Assembly (NCBI GenBank): GCA_009873655.1 | Contig: WAIB01000001.1 | Coordinates: forward strand, 2,237-66,236 | Reading direction: 5' to 3' | DNA: 64,000 nt | Source of the DNA: Nitrospinota bacterium | GTDB taxonomy: Bacteria; Nitrospinota; Nitrospinia; Nitrospinales; VA-1 | In this document: positions 9,293 through 18,859 of the stretch, piece after piece | How the letters are laid out: each line of letters begins with the position of its first letter | How positions within the stretch are numbered: position 1 is the stretch's first letter | The notes under the pieces: generated by a model | Told to the model about the DNA's origin: nothing | Databases searched by the model: none | Seen by the model: only the letters and a program-made list of their open reading frames with translations | Position numbers and translations under genes: made by a program

Positions 9293-12220
9293 TTAATTAA
9301 AAACCTGGACCAACTCGCTGAAAACTGTTTTTTCTTTTTTCAGCTTATTTTCATTTCCGAGAACACATACTTTTCCCTGCTCTCGAATTTTCAGGAATAG
9401 TTCCGAATATTTTTTCAGATCTTCCAGCCGGGTTGCCAACAGTTCCCGGCGAAACTTCAACTTCATCTCATAGGTTCTTCCTGTAAGGTAATCGATCATG
9501 GAAGCAGACCCTTTTCTATCCGGCGTCAAAGGAGGATCCATTTTACCGACACAGCCAATAATGATTTTCTTTAGCTCTTCAGAGGGGATATCCAGTTGGG
9601 ACAGAAAATCGGCAATTTCATCATAGATCCCCAAAGTTTCTGACAGGTTGGGGTCGCGGTAAGAAACGAGGCCATAATCCCCTGAGAAAAAATCAAAGGA
9701 GTTGCTGCTTCCATAAGCCCCGCCATGCACTCGAACCTTGTCCCATAAATAGCCCGTTCGAAGAAGCCCCTTCAGCGCCTCAAACTGGCCGGAATACTGG
9801 AAACCCAATTCGTATAAATTGGCTCCCTTGCCAACATGCTGTATGTTGCTTGCTGTTAAAAATCCTTCGTTGGAGGGGACAGCCTGAAAATTCCATTCTA
9901 CCGACTCAAATTCTGATTCAGGAAGCAGGTCATAAAGACGGTTAACCCGTTTTTCGATTTTCTTATAATCTTTTTCTTCACAAGTGATATTGAAAAGGAC
10001 ATTTTGTTTTGTAAATACCCGTTCGGCCACCTTCTGGAATTGTCCAGCCACCTCCTGGGGGTCCTTTTCGACCTGCTCGAGAAGGTTTTCCAAAAACCTG
10101 TAATAAGTTATTCCATCGGTCAACTCATCGAATTTCCCAAGCCGCGAGTTATAAGACTGCAATCTCGCCAGGACGAAGTGGTTGCCGTTGGGAACAATCG
10201 AATCTTCCATATCCGCCTTGGCACTTCGAATGATTTCCAACAACCGCTTGTGGTTTTTTAAACTGTATTCGGCAAATAATTCATCGAAAAGATCGAACAG
10301 GTCCCCAATTTTCTCCATAAGGGCTTTTCCATTAAAAAAGATATAAGAAATTATGGATTGGTGATCTTGAACTGTTGCCGACGAAAAATGGGAACTGCGT
10401 ATCCCCCCTGTGTTAATGCCGATCTTTTTTGAAATCTCAGTATAAGAGTTTCGCTCCGTTCCCATACCCAAGATCAGGGAACCCATCAGTGGAACATACT
10501 GGAGCATTTCCTGGGGCACGGCTTGGATATTGAAACCAATCTGGGTATAGCCAATGTTATTAGTAAACAAATTATGAAATAAAACCGTTCTTTTCCCGGA
10601 GCCTCTTACTTCCAACGGATAATTTTCAATGCTATCAGGGACATCTTTGATTTCCAGGGAGGGGAGAGTCGCCAACGCTTCCGGATTATCTGGTTTCAAC
10701 TGGTTTTCCTGGAGTCTTCCTGTTTCTTCTATCAAAGAATTAATTTCTTTTTGACTCAAACTCTTTTTTATTTCCCTCAGCTTTTTCCTTTCACGCGCTT
10801 CCTGTTTTTTTCCAAGCCCCGCCTGCGGGGTGGCAACAAGAATACTTTTATGAGAATTTTCTATCAGATATCTCTTTATCAACTTTTCAAAATATCCCTG
10901 GCTGGATTTCCTTTTGATTTTTCGCATTATTTTTTCAAATTTCAGGTGTGAAAATGGATCCTGGTCGTATAGCCAGGATCCTAAAGTCTGAATATTGTAA
11001 ACAATGCCCTTTGCGAAACCTCCAAAATTTGCTTCCCGCAACCGGAAGTCTACGGAATTGACAGCAGAACGGACCATATCTTCCTCAATTCCATTTTCAA
11101 CCAGATCTGTCAAAGTCGAGTCAATAATCCCCAGAATTTTATCTTCATGTTCCGCCTCCGTACCCTTTAACCCCACTGCAAAGAGGGTGTCGGCCCTATT
11201 ATCGTCAAACCCTCCTCCAAAAATTTCACTTCCCAGCTGTGAGTCAATCAGGGCCTTGCGCAGCGGGGACGCAGAAGTCCCGAGCAAAAGATGGCTCAAA
11301 ATACTGAATCCCAGGCAATGTTCATAATTGACCGCCCTGTCCAGTTTGTACCCAATAACAACATAGGTTTTTTTATCCAGCGATTCATCGCTGGAAACCG
11401 GGTAGTTAAAGATTTTTCTTTTGGGCTTCCTGAAAGACCGCTGGTGCTTGATGGAGGTATCCACTTCAATGCGGTTGAAGTCCTTTAAATATTTTTCATG
11501 CAGAAACGAAAGGTATTCATTGGTATCTCCATCCCCGTAAAGGAAAATTCTGCTGTTAGAGGGATGGTAATGTTTTTTGTGAAATTCCCTGAAATCCTCG
11601 TAGGTGAGATCGGGAATTCGATTTGGATCCCCTCCTGATTCGTACCCATAGGTCGTGGAAGGGAACAGGGAATGGGCAAGTTGCCTGTCAACACAACTTT
11701 CGGGATCGGAAAATACTCCCTTCATTTCATTGAAAACAACCCCTTTATAAACAATTTTGTCATCCGGGTTGGAAAGCTCGTAATGCCACCCTTCCTGTTT
11801 AAATGTATCTTCCGAAATTACGGGATAAAACACCGCATCCATGTATACATTCATCAAGTTAAAAAAATCTTTTCTGTTCCTGCTAGCGACGGGATACATG
11901 GTCTTGTCGGGAAAAGTCATTGCATTCAGGAAGGTCTGCAAACTTCCTTTCATCAATTCAACAAAAGGTTCTTTAACGGGGAAGTTTTTTGACCCGCAAA
12001 GAACGCTGTGTTCGAGAATATGGGCCACGCCGGCATCGTTCGTAGGCGGCGTTCTAAAAGTCGCGCTAAAAACCTTATTATCATCATCATTTTCCAACAC
12101 AAGCACTTCCGCACCTGTTCCTTCATGCTCAAAAAAAAGTCCGAGTGAATTTAACTCGGCGATCTCCTCTTTTTTAATGAGCTTGAAGCCGTGGTAACTT
12201 TTGTCGAGCTCAAATCCCAT
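9293..12220 (-). CDS. M16-family (insulinase / PreP-like) zinc metalloprotease
   Basis: Inverted zinc motif HILEHSVLCGS (HxxEH). About 975 aa, four-domain size typical of M16C. Confidence 0.85.
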   Translation of the reverse strand: MGFELDKSYHGFKLIKKEEIAELNSLGLFFEHEGTGAEVLVLENDDDNKVFSATFRTPPTNDAGVAHILEHSVLCGSKNFPVKEPFVELMKGSLQTFLNAMTFPDKTMYPVASRNRKDFFNLMNVYMDAVFYPVISEDTFKQEGWHYELSNPDDKIVYKGVVFNEMKGVFSDPESCVDRQLAHSLFPSTTYGYESGGDPNRIPDLTYEDFREFHKKHYHPSNSRIFLYGDGDTNEYLSFLHEKYLKDFNRIEVDTSIKHQRSFRKPKRKIFNYPVSSDESLDKKTYVVIGYKLDRAVNYEHCLGFSILSHLLLGTSASPLRKALIDSQLGSEIFGGGFDDNRADTLFAVGLKGTEAEHEDKILGIIDSTLTDLVENGIEEDMVRSAVNSVDFRLREANFGGFAKGIVYNIQTLGSWLYDQDPFSHLKFEKIMRKIKRKSSQGYFEKLIKRYLIENSHKSILVATPQAGLGKKQEARERKKLREIKKSLSQKEINSLIEETGRLQENQLKPDNPEALATLPSLEIKDVPDSIENYPLEVRGSGKRTVLFHNLFTNNIGYTQIGFNIQAVPQEMLQYVPLMGSLILGMGTERNSYTEISKKIGINTGGIRSSHFSSATVQDHQSIISYIFFNGKALMEKIGDLFDLFDELFAEYSLKNHKRLLEIIRSAKADMEDSIVPNGNHFVLARLQSYNSRLGKFDELTDGITYYRFLENLLEQVEKDPQEVAGQFQKVAERVFTKQNVLFNITCEEKDYKKIEKRVNRLYDLLPESEFESVEWNFQAVPSNEGFLTASNIQHVGKGANLYELGFQYSGQFEALKGLLRTGYLWDKVRVHGGAYGSSNSFDFFSGDYGLVSYRDPNLSETLGIYDEIADFLSQLDIPSEELKKIIIGCVGKMDPPLTPDRKGSASMIDYLTGRTYEMKLKFRRELLATRLEDLKKYSELFLKIREQGKVCVLGNENKLKKEKTVFSELVQVFN

Positions 12221-12316
12221 GAATTGTTATCTCCAATTTCAAAAAATGTGAAACCTAAAATTGTCTGATCGGCCCCTCTCTGTTTTAGATGCTTTCAGTC
12301 CGGGAACGATCTTTTT

Positions 12317-13084
12317 TTACCTGGCCTTAATTTCAAGACCAATGGGACAGTGATCGGAACCCATGACTTCCGGGGTAATAAAAGAGTCTTTTACCTTTTT
12401 CATCAAACCTTCCGTCACAAAGAAATAGTCGATACGCCAGCCGATATTCTTTGCGCGCACGTTAAAACGATAACTCCACCAGGTATATTGATCGGGCTCC
12501 TGGTTAAAAGCTCGAAAACTGTCAACATATCCATGTTTAATAAACTTGTCGACCCATTCCCGTTCTTCGGGTAAAAAACCCGAGTTCTTTTCATTTGCCT
12601 TGGGGTTTTTTAAATCAATCGGTTTATGGGCCGTATTTACATCACCCGTAATTACCAGCTCCTTGCCCTTACCTCTCAAGTCTTCGCAATGGTCCAGAAA
12701 AGCATCATAAAAATCCATTTTATATTGCAATCTCTCTGAGCCACTCGTTCCATTCGGGAAATACACGTTGAAAAGATCGAAATCCTTAAACTCAATCCGG
12801 ATTATTCTCCCTTCGCAATCAAAACGTTCAATTCCCATCCCCCTATGAACTGCAGCCTGTTTTTTCTTCGTAAAAACAGCAACTCCACTATACCCCTTTC
12901 GCTCTGCGGGGTTCCATGTCGCATGATATCCTTTGGGGTTCAGTAGATTTTCATCCAAATCTTCGACCCTCGCCTTGATTTCCTGCAAGCAAACCACATC
13001 CGGGGCTTCTAAATTCAACCAGTCAAAAAAGCCTTTTTTGACGACAGCACGCAGGCCATTTACATTCCAACTAAAAATTCTCAT
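12317..13084 (-). CDS. xth: exodeoxyribonuclease III
   Basis: MRIFSWNVNGLRA ... CLQEIK ... GDVNTAH ... GSDHCP motifs. Confidence 0.9.
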   Translation of the reverse strand: MRIFSWNVNGLRAVVKKGFFDWLNLEAPDVVCLQEIKARVEDLDENLLNPKGYHATWNPAERKGYSGVAVFTKKKQAAVHRGMGIERFDCEGRIIRIEFKDFDLFNVYFPNGTSGSERLQYKMDFYDAFLDHCEDLRGKGKELVITGDVNTAHKPIDLKNPKANEKNSGFLPEEREWVDKFIKHGYVDSFRAFNQEPDQYTWWSYRFNVRAKNIGWRIDYFFVTEGLMKKVKDSFITPEVMGSDHCPIGLEIKAR

Positions 13085-13215
13085 GAAGCTCGATCTAACC
13101 GCATTATTTCAAATTTCACCCGGAAATTTAAAAGATTCAACAAAACAGGATCTGGTTTTTAAATCGGGTTAGTATAATCAATTTTTAAGGAAAAGAACCT
13201 TTAAATACAGAGAAA

Positions 13216-13545
13216 TCAATTCCAGTCACCCAGGTAAAATGCCGCAAGAAAAGTCAAAAAACCAACCCACAAATTTCGGCCCAACGATTGGTAATGTTTA
13301 AAAAGCTGCAGGTCTTCTTCCTTTGCATCGAAAAAAAACCAATACTCTATAATGAACCATATCGGAGGTCCCATGGCCCACCCCCCTAAAATCACCTGCC
13401 TCGGACATCCGGACAGATGAGAATGGTATGTGTAGCCGAGACCCATAATCACAAGAGCGGGTCCAAGAACCTTGCGAATTTTTCTTTTACTCCATTCCGT
13501 TTTTGGCGTTTTCTGTTCCATCCCGATCAACTTAAAATCAATCAT
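13216..13545 (-). CDS. hypothetical membrane protein
   Basis: Three hydrophobic segments. No family recognised. Confidence 0.4.
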   Translation of the reverse strand: MIDFKLIGMEQKTPKTEWSKRKIRKVLGPALVIMGLGYTYHSHLSGCPRQVILGGWAMGPPIWFIIEYWFFFDAKEEDLQLFKHYQSLGRNLWVGFLTFLAAFYLGDWN

Positions 13546-13838
13546 CCATTGAAACTAGTCGGTTATAATAGCAGTCTATTAAAACGAAAAAAAGCCGCAC
13601 GCGATCTTCGTTTTAACCTTAAATATTTTCATATTTGAAAAAAAAACAGGGCAATCCACAGGCCTGAAAATTAACCTGAAACCCTTTTGTTTTCAATTGT
13701 TTATACTGGGTCCGGGTTTTTAATTTTAAGCCATGGTTTTTAATTCAAAAATAAGGTATCCTTGGATTTCTCGTTTGGATTTAAATTCTCATTACTTAAA
13801 AAAACAGAAAACAAAGTTATCTTAGGGAGGATAAATGG

Positions 13839-14300
13839 ATGTGGCAATATAATCGAGCGGCACTGACTGTTTTGATGATGGCATTCTTTTTATTTACCCT
13901 GGTGCCATCTACCATGGCGGCTGAAGTTCCCGATCCAACAGCTTGTGACCAAGATGGCGCAACGGTTCGAAAGGGTCGCCCAGGAATCGCATCCGTGCCG
14001 GTAAGAGATGGTGTTGGCCCCACCAAGGAATTAGTTCACGATGGGATATATTCTGCCGCCGCTAAATCTTCCGGAAAGGTATCGAAAGAAGATAAGCGGC
14101 ACTTATGTCTGGCATTGTCTCCCATTAAGAACCCTGAATCCCGCTACAAACATAAAGATCACAGCAACTATTACTGCACTCTGATTTTAAATCGAGACAG
14201 CCAGGCTTTTTGCTATGCCGTTGTTACGGGTGATCCAAAGAAATGTGACAACATTGTAAGTAGCGAGCTTGAAAAGGAATGTCTTGAAAAATCCAAGTAA
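13839..14300 (+). CDS. hypothetical secreted protein (six Cys in the mature part)
   Basis: GGAGG 9 nt upstream of the start. Signal peptide ends TMA-AE. No family recognised. Confidence 0.5.
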   Translation: MWQYNRAALTVLMMAFFLFTLVPSTMAAEVPDPTACDQDGATVRKGRPGIASVPVRDGVGPTKELVHDGIYSAAAKSSGKVSKEDKRHLCLALSPIKNPESRYKHKDHSNYYCTLILNRDSQAFCYAVVTGDPKKCDNIVSSELEKECLEKSK

Positions 14301-14321
14301 CGGTTTTAAATCAATTTAAAA

Positions 14322-14350
14322 AGGGGGGTCCAAAAGGACCGCCCTTTTTT
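14322..14350 (+). terminator. terminator-like hairpin with T-run, 10 nt upstream of the oppD start
   Basis: GGGGGGTCC-aaaa-GGACCGCCC (one mismatch) followed by TTTTTTT. Confidence 0.5.
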
Positions 14351-14360
14351 TCTATCCAAA

Positions 14361-15347
14361 ATGGGCCCCGTCGAACTGGATGTCCGAAATTTAAAAGTTT
14401 CCTTCTCTACTCCCCAAGGAAATATATCGGCCGTCAATGGAATCAGCTTCCAACTCCATAGAGGAGAAACATTGGCGTTGGTTGGCGAGTCAGGCTGTGG
14501 AAAAACCGTTACTGCGCTTTCCATATTAAGACTTCTTCCCGAACCCGCCGCAAAAATAACAAACGGTGAAATTATTTTTTCAGGAAAAAATTTACTTTCT
14601 CTGAATCCCAAAGAAATGAGAAAGATCAGGGGAGAGGAAATATCAATGATATTCCAGGACCCCATGACTTCTCTAAATCCTGTCTTGACCCTTGGAGACC
14701 AGTTGGTCGAAACCCTTTTGCAACACAAAAGTCTTAATAAGAAAGAAGCATTATCAAAATCCGCCCAATTGCTTGGCCGTGTGGAGCTTTCTTCTCCCGA
14801 AGAAAAATTAAAACAATATCCTCATCAGTTGAGCGGTGGAATGCGGCAACGAGTCATGATCGCCATGGCTTTAGCCTGCGAACCCAAAATTCTAATTGCG
14901 GACGAACCCACCACCGCACTGGATGTTCTGATTCAGGCCCAGATTCTTGATCTTCTGGAAAGCCTCAAGAAAGAATTTGGAATGTCAATACTTCTCATTA
15001 CCCATGACCTTGGGGTCGTTACAGAAATTGCGGAACGAATCATGGTTATGTATGCAGGAGATGAAGTCGAAACGGGTCCGACAAAAAGCATTTTAAAGAA
15101 CCCAAACCACCCCTATACAAAAGGGCTTATATCCTCTCGCCCCCAAATTGAGATGACCGGAAACAAGGTGCAGCGGCTTTCAGAGATCCCAGGAAGCGTA
15201 CCCAACTTGAATCAACGGCCTCCGGGTTGCTCCTTTCACCCCCGCTGCAAATGGGTGTTCGATCCATGCAAAACGCAAAAACCTGTCTCCAAACAATTAG
15301 ATCAAAATTTCAAATTCAGTTGCCATCTGGATCCCGGAACAATATGA
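14361..15347 (+). CDS. oligopeptide/dipeptide-type ABC transporter ATP-binding protein (OppD/DppD-like)
   Basis: Walker A GESGCGKT, signature LSGGMRQR, Walker [13 protein letters not shown], and the C-terminal oligopeptide-ABC extension ([17 protein letters not shown]). Confidence 0.85.
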   Translation: MGPVELDVRNLKVSFSTPQGNISAVNGISFQLHRGETLALVGESGCGKTVTALSILRLLPEPAAKITNGEIIFSGKNLLSLNPKEMRKIRGEEISMIFQDPMTSLNPVLTLGDQLVETLLQHKSLNKKEALSKSAQLLGRVELSSPEEKLKQYPHQLSGGMRQRVMIAMALACEPKILIADEPTTALDVLIQAQILDLLESLKKEFGMSILLITHDLGVVTEIAERIMVMYAGDEVETGPTKSILKNPNHPYTKGLISSRPQIEMTGNKVQRLSEIPGSVPNLNQRPPGCSFHPRCKWVFDPCKTQKPVSKQLDQNFKFSCHLDPGTI

Positions 15348-16309
15348 CGAACTATAATTCTTTTCTAGAGGTCATTGAACTTAAAAAATATTTTCCTTCC
15401 AACAATGGATTTTTAGGTGAAGATACCAGGTTCATAAAAGCGGTTGATGGAATTTCATTCACCCTTAACGAAGGGGAAACTTTAGGCCTTGTTGGAGAAA
15501 GTGGAAGCGGGAAGTCCACAGCGGCCCGAACCCTGCTCCGGCTGGAAGTTCCTACTTCCGGCTCCGTCCATTTCAAGCAAAAAAACCTGGCAGATCTTCC
15601 AGAAACTGAAATTCGAAATCTGAGAAAAGAGATGCAGATGATTTTTCAAGACCCCTTTTCATCCATTAACCCCAGACGAAAAATAGGGGAAGTCTTGAGC
15701 GAACCTTTTGAAATTCACGACATTAAAGAAAACATCAGTGAATCCGTAAAAGAGCTGCTAAATCAGGTTGGCCTGTCGCCTGGATATGCCCATCGATACC
15801 CCCATGAGATGAGCGGGGGCCAGTTGCAGCGCGTGGGGTTAGCCAGAGCCATTGCATTAAGCCCGAGTTTGGTGGTTGCCGACGAGCCGGTTTCCGCACT
15901 GGATGTTTCAGTACAAGCCCAGGTCGTAAACCTGATGGGGGATTTAAAAGAAAAACTGGGCATATCCTATATTTTCATTTCTCACGACATGGGTATCGTC
16001 GAATATTTTTGTGATCGGGTTGCGGTGATGTATCTTGGTAAAATTGTCGAAATGGCAAGCAGCGAAGAAATCTATAAAAATCCGGGGCACCCTTATACCG
16101 AAGCACTTTTAAATGCAGTTCCTGGTTTGGAATTTAGTGAAAAAAAGCATAAGCTAAAAGTGGCTGGGGACATCCCTGACCCGTCAAACCCTCCCCCGGG
16201 CTGTGCTTTCCATACCCGTTGTCCTATAAAAGAAAAACAATGTGAAGAAAGGGAACCGGCACTCAAGGAATTGGGAAAAGGCCATTATGTTGCATGCCTT
16301 TTAAAATAA
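15344..16309 (+). CDS. oligopeptide/dipeptide-type ABC transporter ATP-binding protein (OppF/DppF-like)
   Basis: GESGSGKST, MSGGQLQR, VVADEPVSALD, HPYTEALL, PPGCAFHTRC. ATG 15344 overlaps the oppD stop (ATGA). The tracked 15227 start is an in-frame extension into oppD. Confidence 0.85.
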   Translation: MTNYNSFLEVIELKKYFPSNNGFLGEDTRFIKAVDGISFTLNEGETLGLVGESGSGKSTAARTLLRLEVPTSGSVHFKQKNLADLPETEIRNLRKEMQMIFQDPFSSINPRRKIGEVLSEPFEIHDIKENISESVKELLNQVGLSPGYAHRYPHEMSGGQLQRVGLARAIALSPSLVVADEPVSALDVSVQAQVVNLMGDLKEKLGISYIFISHDMGIVEYFCDRVAVMYLGKIVEMASSEEIYKNPGHPYTEALLNAVPGLEFSEKKHKLKVAGDIPDPSNPPPGCAFHTRCPIKEKQCEEREPALKELGKGHYVACLLK

Positions 16310-16322
16310 TTACTCTAACTTA

Positions 16323-16730
16323 TTAACCCTCACCGCTTTCCTTTAAGGAAGCTATCGGCGATGCATGGTGCATGACCATTTTCCAGTTTCCATCGTCCAG
16401 CTTAAACAGGTTGGTCGAAAAGACCTGGGATGCCAGAACACCGTTGGTAGCGATCGTATATAGTTTTTCAACGCAAGACACCCAGGCCAAATCCTCAGAA
16501 GCGATTACAGAAACATCCGAAGCTTCGATATTCATATTCCCGGAGTTCTTAAAAATTCCCTCCCAGCTTTTCATAATGGGTTCAAATCCATTTAGAGGAT
16601 TCCAGCCAGGATGGACACAAGTTACATTTTCCCTGGAACTCCAGACATTCTTCATAGCATCCAGGTCACGGGCATTGAAAGCTTTATAAAAATTTTCATT
16701 CGCTTCCACCGCCTTTTTTTCATTTATCAT
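16323..16730 (-). CDS. NTF2-fold / SnoaL-like (DUF4440-type) protein
   Basis: N-terminal NENFYKAFNARDLDAM pattern and about 135 aa, typical of this fold family. Confidence 0.55.
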   Translation of the reverse strand: MINEKKAVEANENFYKAFNARDLDAMKNVWSSRENVTCVHPGWNPLNGFEPIMKSWEGIFKNSGNMNIEASDVSVIASEDLAWVSCVEKLYTIATNGVLASQVFSTNLFKLDDGNWKMVMHHASPIASLKESGEG

Positions 16731-16763
16731 TTAGTGCCTTCTTATTTAGAGAAGTTAGGCTCG

Positions 16764-17339
16764 TCAACCCTTTACTAATATTTCCAGGGCTTCAAAGGTT
16801 TCATTTGTTGCCCAGTTTTTGGTTCCATCCACCCGCGCGGCTATCCTGCCTTTTTTATCTATCACATAGGTAAACGGGATTGAAAAGGAAGGATAACGCT
16901 TTTCCGCAATTCCCTCTGTATCTATAAGGACAGGGAAAGTGAAATTATTCTCCTCGGTAAATTTTTTAACCCTATCGCTGTTTCCTTTATCCAGGCTTAC
17001 CGCAAGCACCGTTAGCCCTTGTGAACGATATCGGCGGTAAAGTTTTTCAAAAGTCGGCATTTCCTCAAGGCAGGGTGCGCACCAGGTAGCCCAGAAATTT
17101 AATACTATGACTTTATCCTTATAATCATCCAGGCCTTCCAGGTTCCCACTCAGGTTTCTCAGCTTGAAACCGGGTGCCCTCTCTCCTATCTCAGTGCCCT
17201 CGGTAATTTCTATTTTAGAAAAAACAGGAAACTGCATTCGGAGGACAAACAGGATCCCAGCAACAACTATCAGAAAATAGAGCAATCCATGTTTGCTAAG
17301 ATGAGTAAAGCTTTTGTCTTTTAAGACGGTCGACTTCAT
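16764..17339 (-). CDS. ccmG: membrane-anchored thiol:disulfide oxidoreductase (TlpA/ResA/CcmG family)
   Basis: N-terminal anchor helix and WATWCAPC thioredoxin motif. Last gene of the ccm operon. Its start overlaps the ccmC 3' end by 44 nt. Confidence 0.7.
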   Translation of the reverse strand: MKSTVLKDKSFTHLSKHGLLYFLIVVAGILFVLRMQFPVFSKIEITEGTEIGERAPGFKLRNLSGNLEGLDDYKDKVIVLNFWATWCAPCLEEMPTFEKLYRRYRSQGLTVLAVSLDKGNSDRVKKFTEENNFTFPVLIDTEGIAEKRYPSFSIPFTYVIDKKGRIAARVDGTKNWATNETFEALEILVKG

Positions 17340-18009
17340 CTTTCAGTCTTTCCAGCCGGATGCGCTGACCCATAAGCAGAAAATAAAGCAGCGTAAAAGC
17401 ACACAGTGAAACCCCCAGGGTCGCAAGCATACTTGTGTCCATTCCTTTTCCAAAGCCTTCGGAGGAGATCACTTTTGGCTGCGGATGAAAAGTGCGCCAC
17501 CATAGAACCGAAAAATGGATGAACGGAATATTCAGAAAACCAACTATTCCCAAAACCGCGGCATAACGTGCACGCATGGATCCCGCATCGGTCTGCGAGC
17601 GCAGCATTAAATAAGCAACATATATCAACCAAAGAATCAATGTGGAAGTCAATCGGGCATCCCAGACCCACCAGGTACCCCAGATAGGTTTTGCCCAAAT
17701 GGGACCGGTAATCAACACCAGTGAACAGAAAACAACCCCTATCTCCGCAGAAGCATGTGCGTAGATATCCCATTCCCTTTCCTTTTTCCATAAAAACAGA
17801 ATGGAGGAAATAAACACGATGAAAAATGCAAAGAAAGCAAGCCAGGCAGAAGGAATGTGCAGATACATTATTCTCTGGATCGGTCCCTCGGTTTTCTCAG
17901 TGGGAACAATAATGAAAATGGCGGCTATGGCGGCAAAAAAAACGATTCCTGTCAGCCAGATTAAAACCGTGCTCTCTTCATCCGGCTCTTTTTCCAAATC
18001 CTGATCCAT
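17296..18009 (-). CDS. ccmC: haem exporter / haem-handling protein CcmC
   Basis: WWD domain WGTWWVWDARLTS, with multiple TM helices. Confidence 0.9.
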   Translation of the reverse strand: MDQDLEKEPDEESTVLIWLTGIVFFAAIAAIFIIVPTEKTEGPIQRIMYLHIPSAWLAFFAFFIVFISSILFLWKKEREWDIYAHASAEIGVVFCSLVLITGPIWAKPIWGTWWVWDARLTSTLILWLIYVAYLMLRSQTDAGSMRARYAAVLGIVGFLNIPFIHFSVLWWRTFHPQPKVISSEGFGKGMDTSMLATLGVSLCAFTLLYFLLMGQRIRLERLKDEVDRLKRQKLYSS

Positions 18010-18155
18010 TACTGCGATTCCTTATCAATGGTTTCTTTTAATAATTCCAGGTCTTTTTCAAGATTTCGACTGCGTTGCTTAAGAGTGAACACATAATAAA
18101 TTATGCCTCCCCATACAAACGCGTTCGCAGCAAACAGGAACCCAAAGTTATCCAT
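18009..18155 (-). CDS. ccmD: CcmD-like small membrane protein (48 aa, absent from the ORF track)
   Basis: Hand translation gives MDNFGFLFAANAFVWGGIIYYVFTLKQRSRNLEKDLELLKETIDKESQ: one TM helix followed by a basic/coiled tail. Starts 4 nt after the ccmB stop, and its TAA overlaps the ccmC ATG (TAATG). Confidence 0.6.
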   Translation of the reverse strand: MDNFGFLFAANAFVWGGIIYYVFTLKQRSRNLEKDLELLKETIDKESQ

Positions 18156-18159
18156 CCAG

Positions 18160-18840
18160 TCATTCCTCCAAAATATGGTCTATTGTCATTATGGAAACCC
18201 CAATATAAATGATATCGAAGGAAGCCGTCAAACCAATCCACTTCATCATGTCCGAAAGAGGGATCCCTTCAAGAATCTGGCCCGTCATTCTCACCACCCC
18301 TATCACGATGGGAATCAGTAAGGGATAAAGTAAAATGGGTAACATGATTTCACGCGTTTTAAGGTTAGAGGAAAGAGATGACAAGAGCGTCCCCAATGCA
18401 CAAAACCCCAAGGTTCCCAATAACACCACCGTTGCCAACGAACCAATGTGAGCCAAAAGATCCACGTTAAAAAATATCATAAAAAGTGGAAGTATAAAAA
18501 ATTCCATGATCAACAAAAAAATAAAATTGCTGATTAACTTTCCAAAATAAATCGCTGTCCTATCAGCCGGGACCAGCATGAGCCCCGTCAAACAGCCGTT
18601 TTCTTTTTCCAACATGAAGGAACGGTTCAGACCAATTGTTCCTGCGAAAAGGAATGCCACCCACAAAACTCCGGGTCCTACTTCACTGGCTTTTACAATA
18701 CTCAGGTTTATTGAAAAAATAAAAATCAGGATCACAAGCAACGCGAAAATAAACATGGAACTGAATAGCTCCCGGGTTTTCAGCTCCGTAACAAAATCCT
18801 TCCAGACAATGGCTGAGATCTGATTGAAATATAAATTCAT
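18160..18840 (-). CDS. ccmB: haem exporter permease CcmB
   Basis: Six-TM ABC-2-like protein located between ccmA and ccmC/D. The N-terminal AIVWKDFVTELKTRE is typical of CcmB. Confidence 0.85.
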   Translation of the reverse strand: MNLYFNQISAIVWKDFVTELKTRELFSSMFIFALLVILIFIFSINLSIVKASEVGPGVLWVAFLFAGTIGLNRSFMLEKENGCLTGLMLVPADRTAIYFGKLISNFIFLLIMEFFILPLFMIFFNVDLLAHIGSLATVVLLGTLGFCALGTLLSSLSSNLKTREIMLPILLYPLLIPIVIGVVRMTGQILEGIPLSDMMKWIGLTASFDIIYIGVSIMTIDHILEE

Positions 18841-18859
18841 GGTGGAATCTTTATAAAAT

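Noticed and set aside
14306-14728. A 140-aa minus-strand ORF overlapping the terminator hairpin and the 5' part of oppD.
   Set aside because: It is antisense to an ABC ATPase with clear Walker motifs, and it has no independent support.
15227-15343. Long N-terminal extensions given by the track for oppF (15227), murD (30919), yqeY (52364), glgC (49621) and ftsZ (40228).
   Set aside because: In each case an internal ATG fits better. It either overlaps the upstream stop (ATGA) or follows a Shine-Dalgarno or promoter, and it matches the conserved family N-terminus. The extension would run through the upstream gene or promoter.
17336-17791. A 151-aa same-strand alternate-frame ORF within ccmC.
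   Set aside because: The ccmC frame carries the WWD motif. The alternate product is Cys/Gly/Phe-rich noise. It is useful only as the size benchmark for the far longer ftsW alternate frame.
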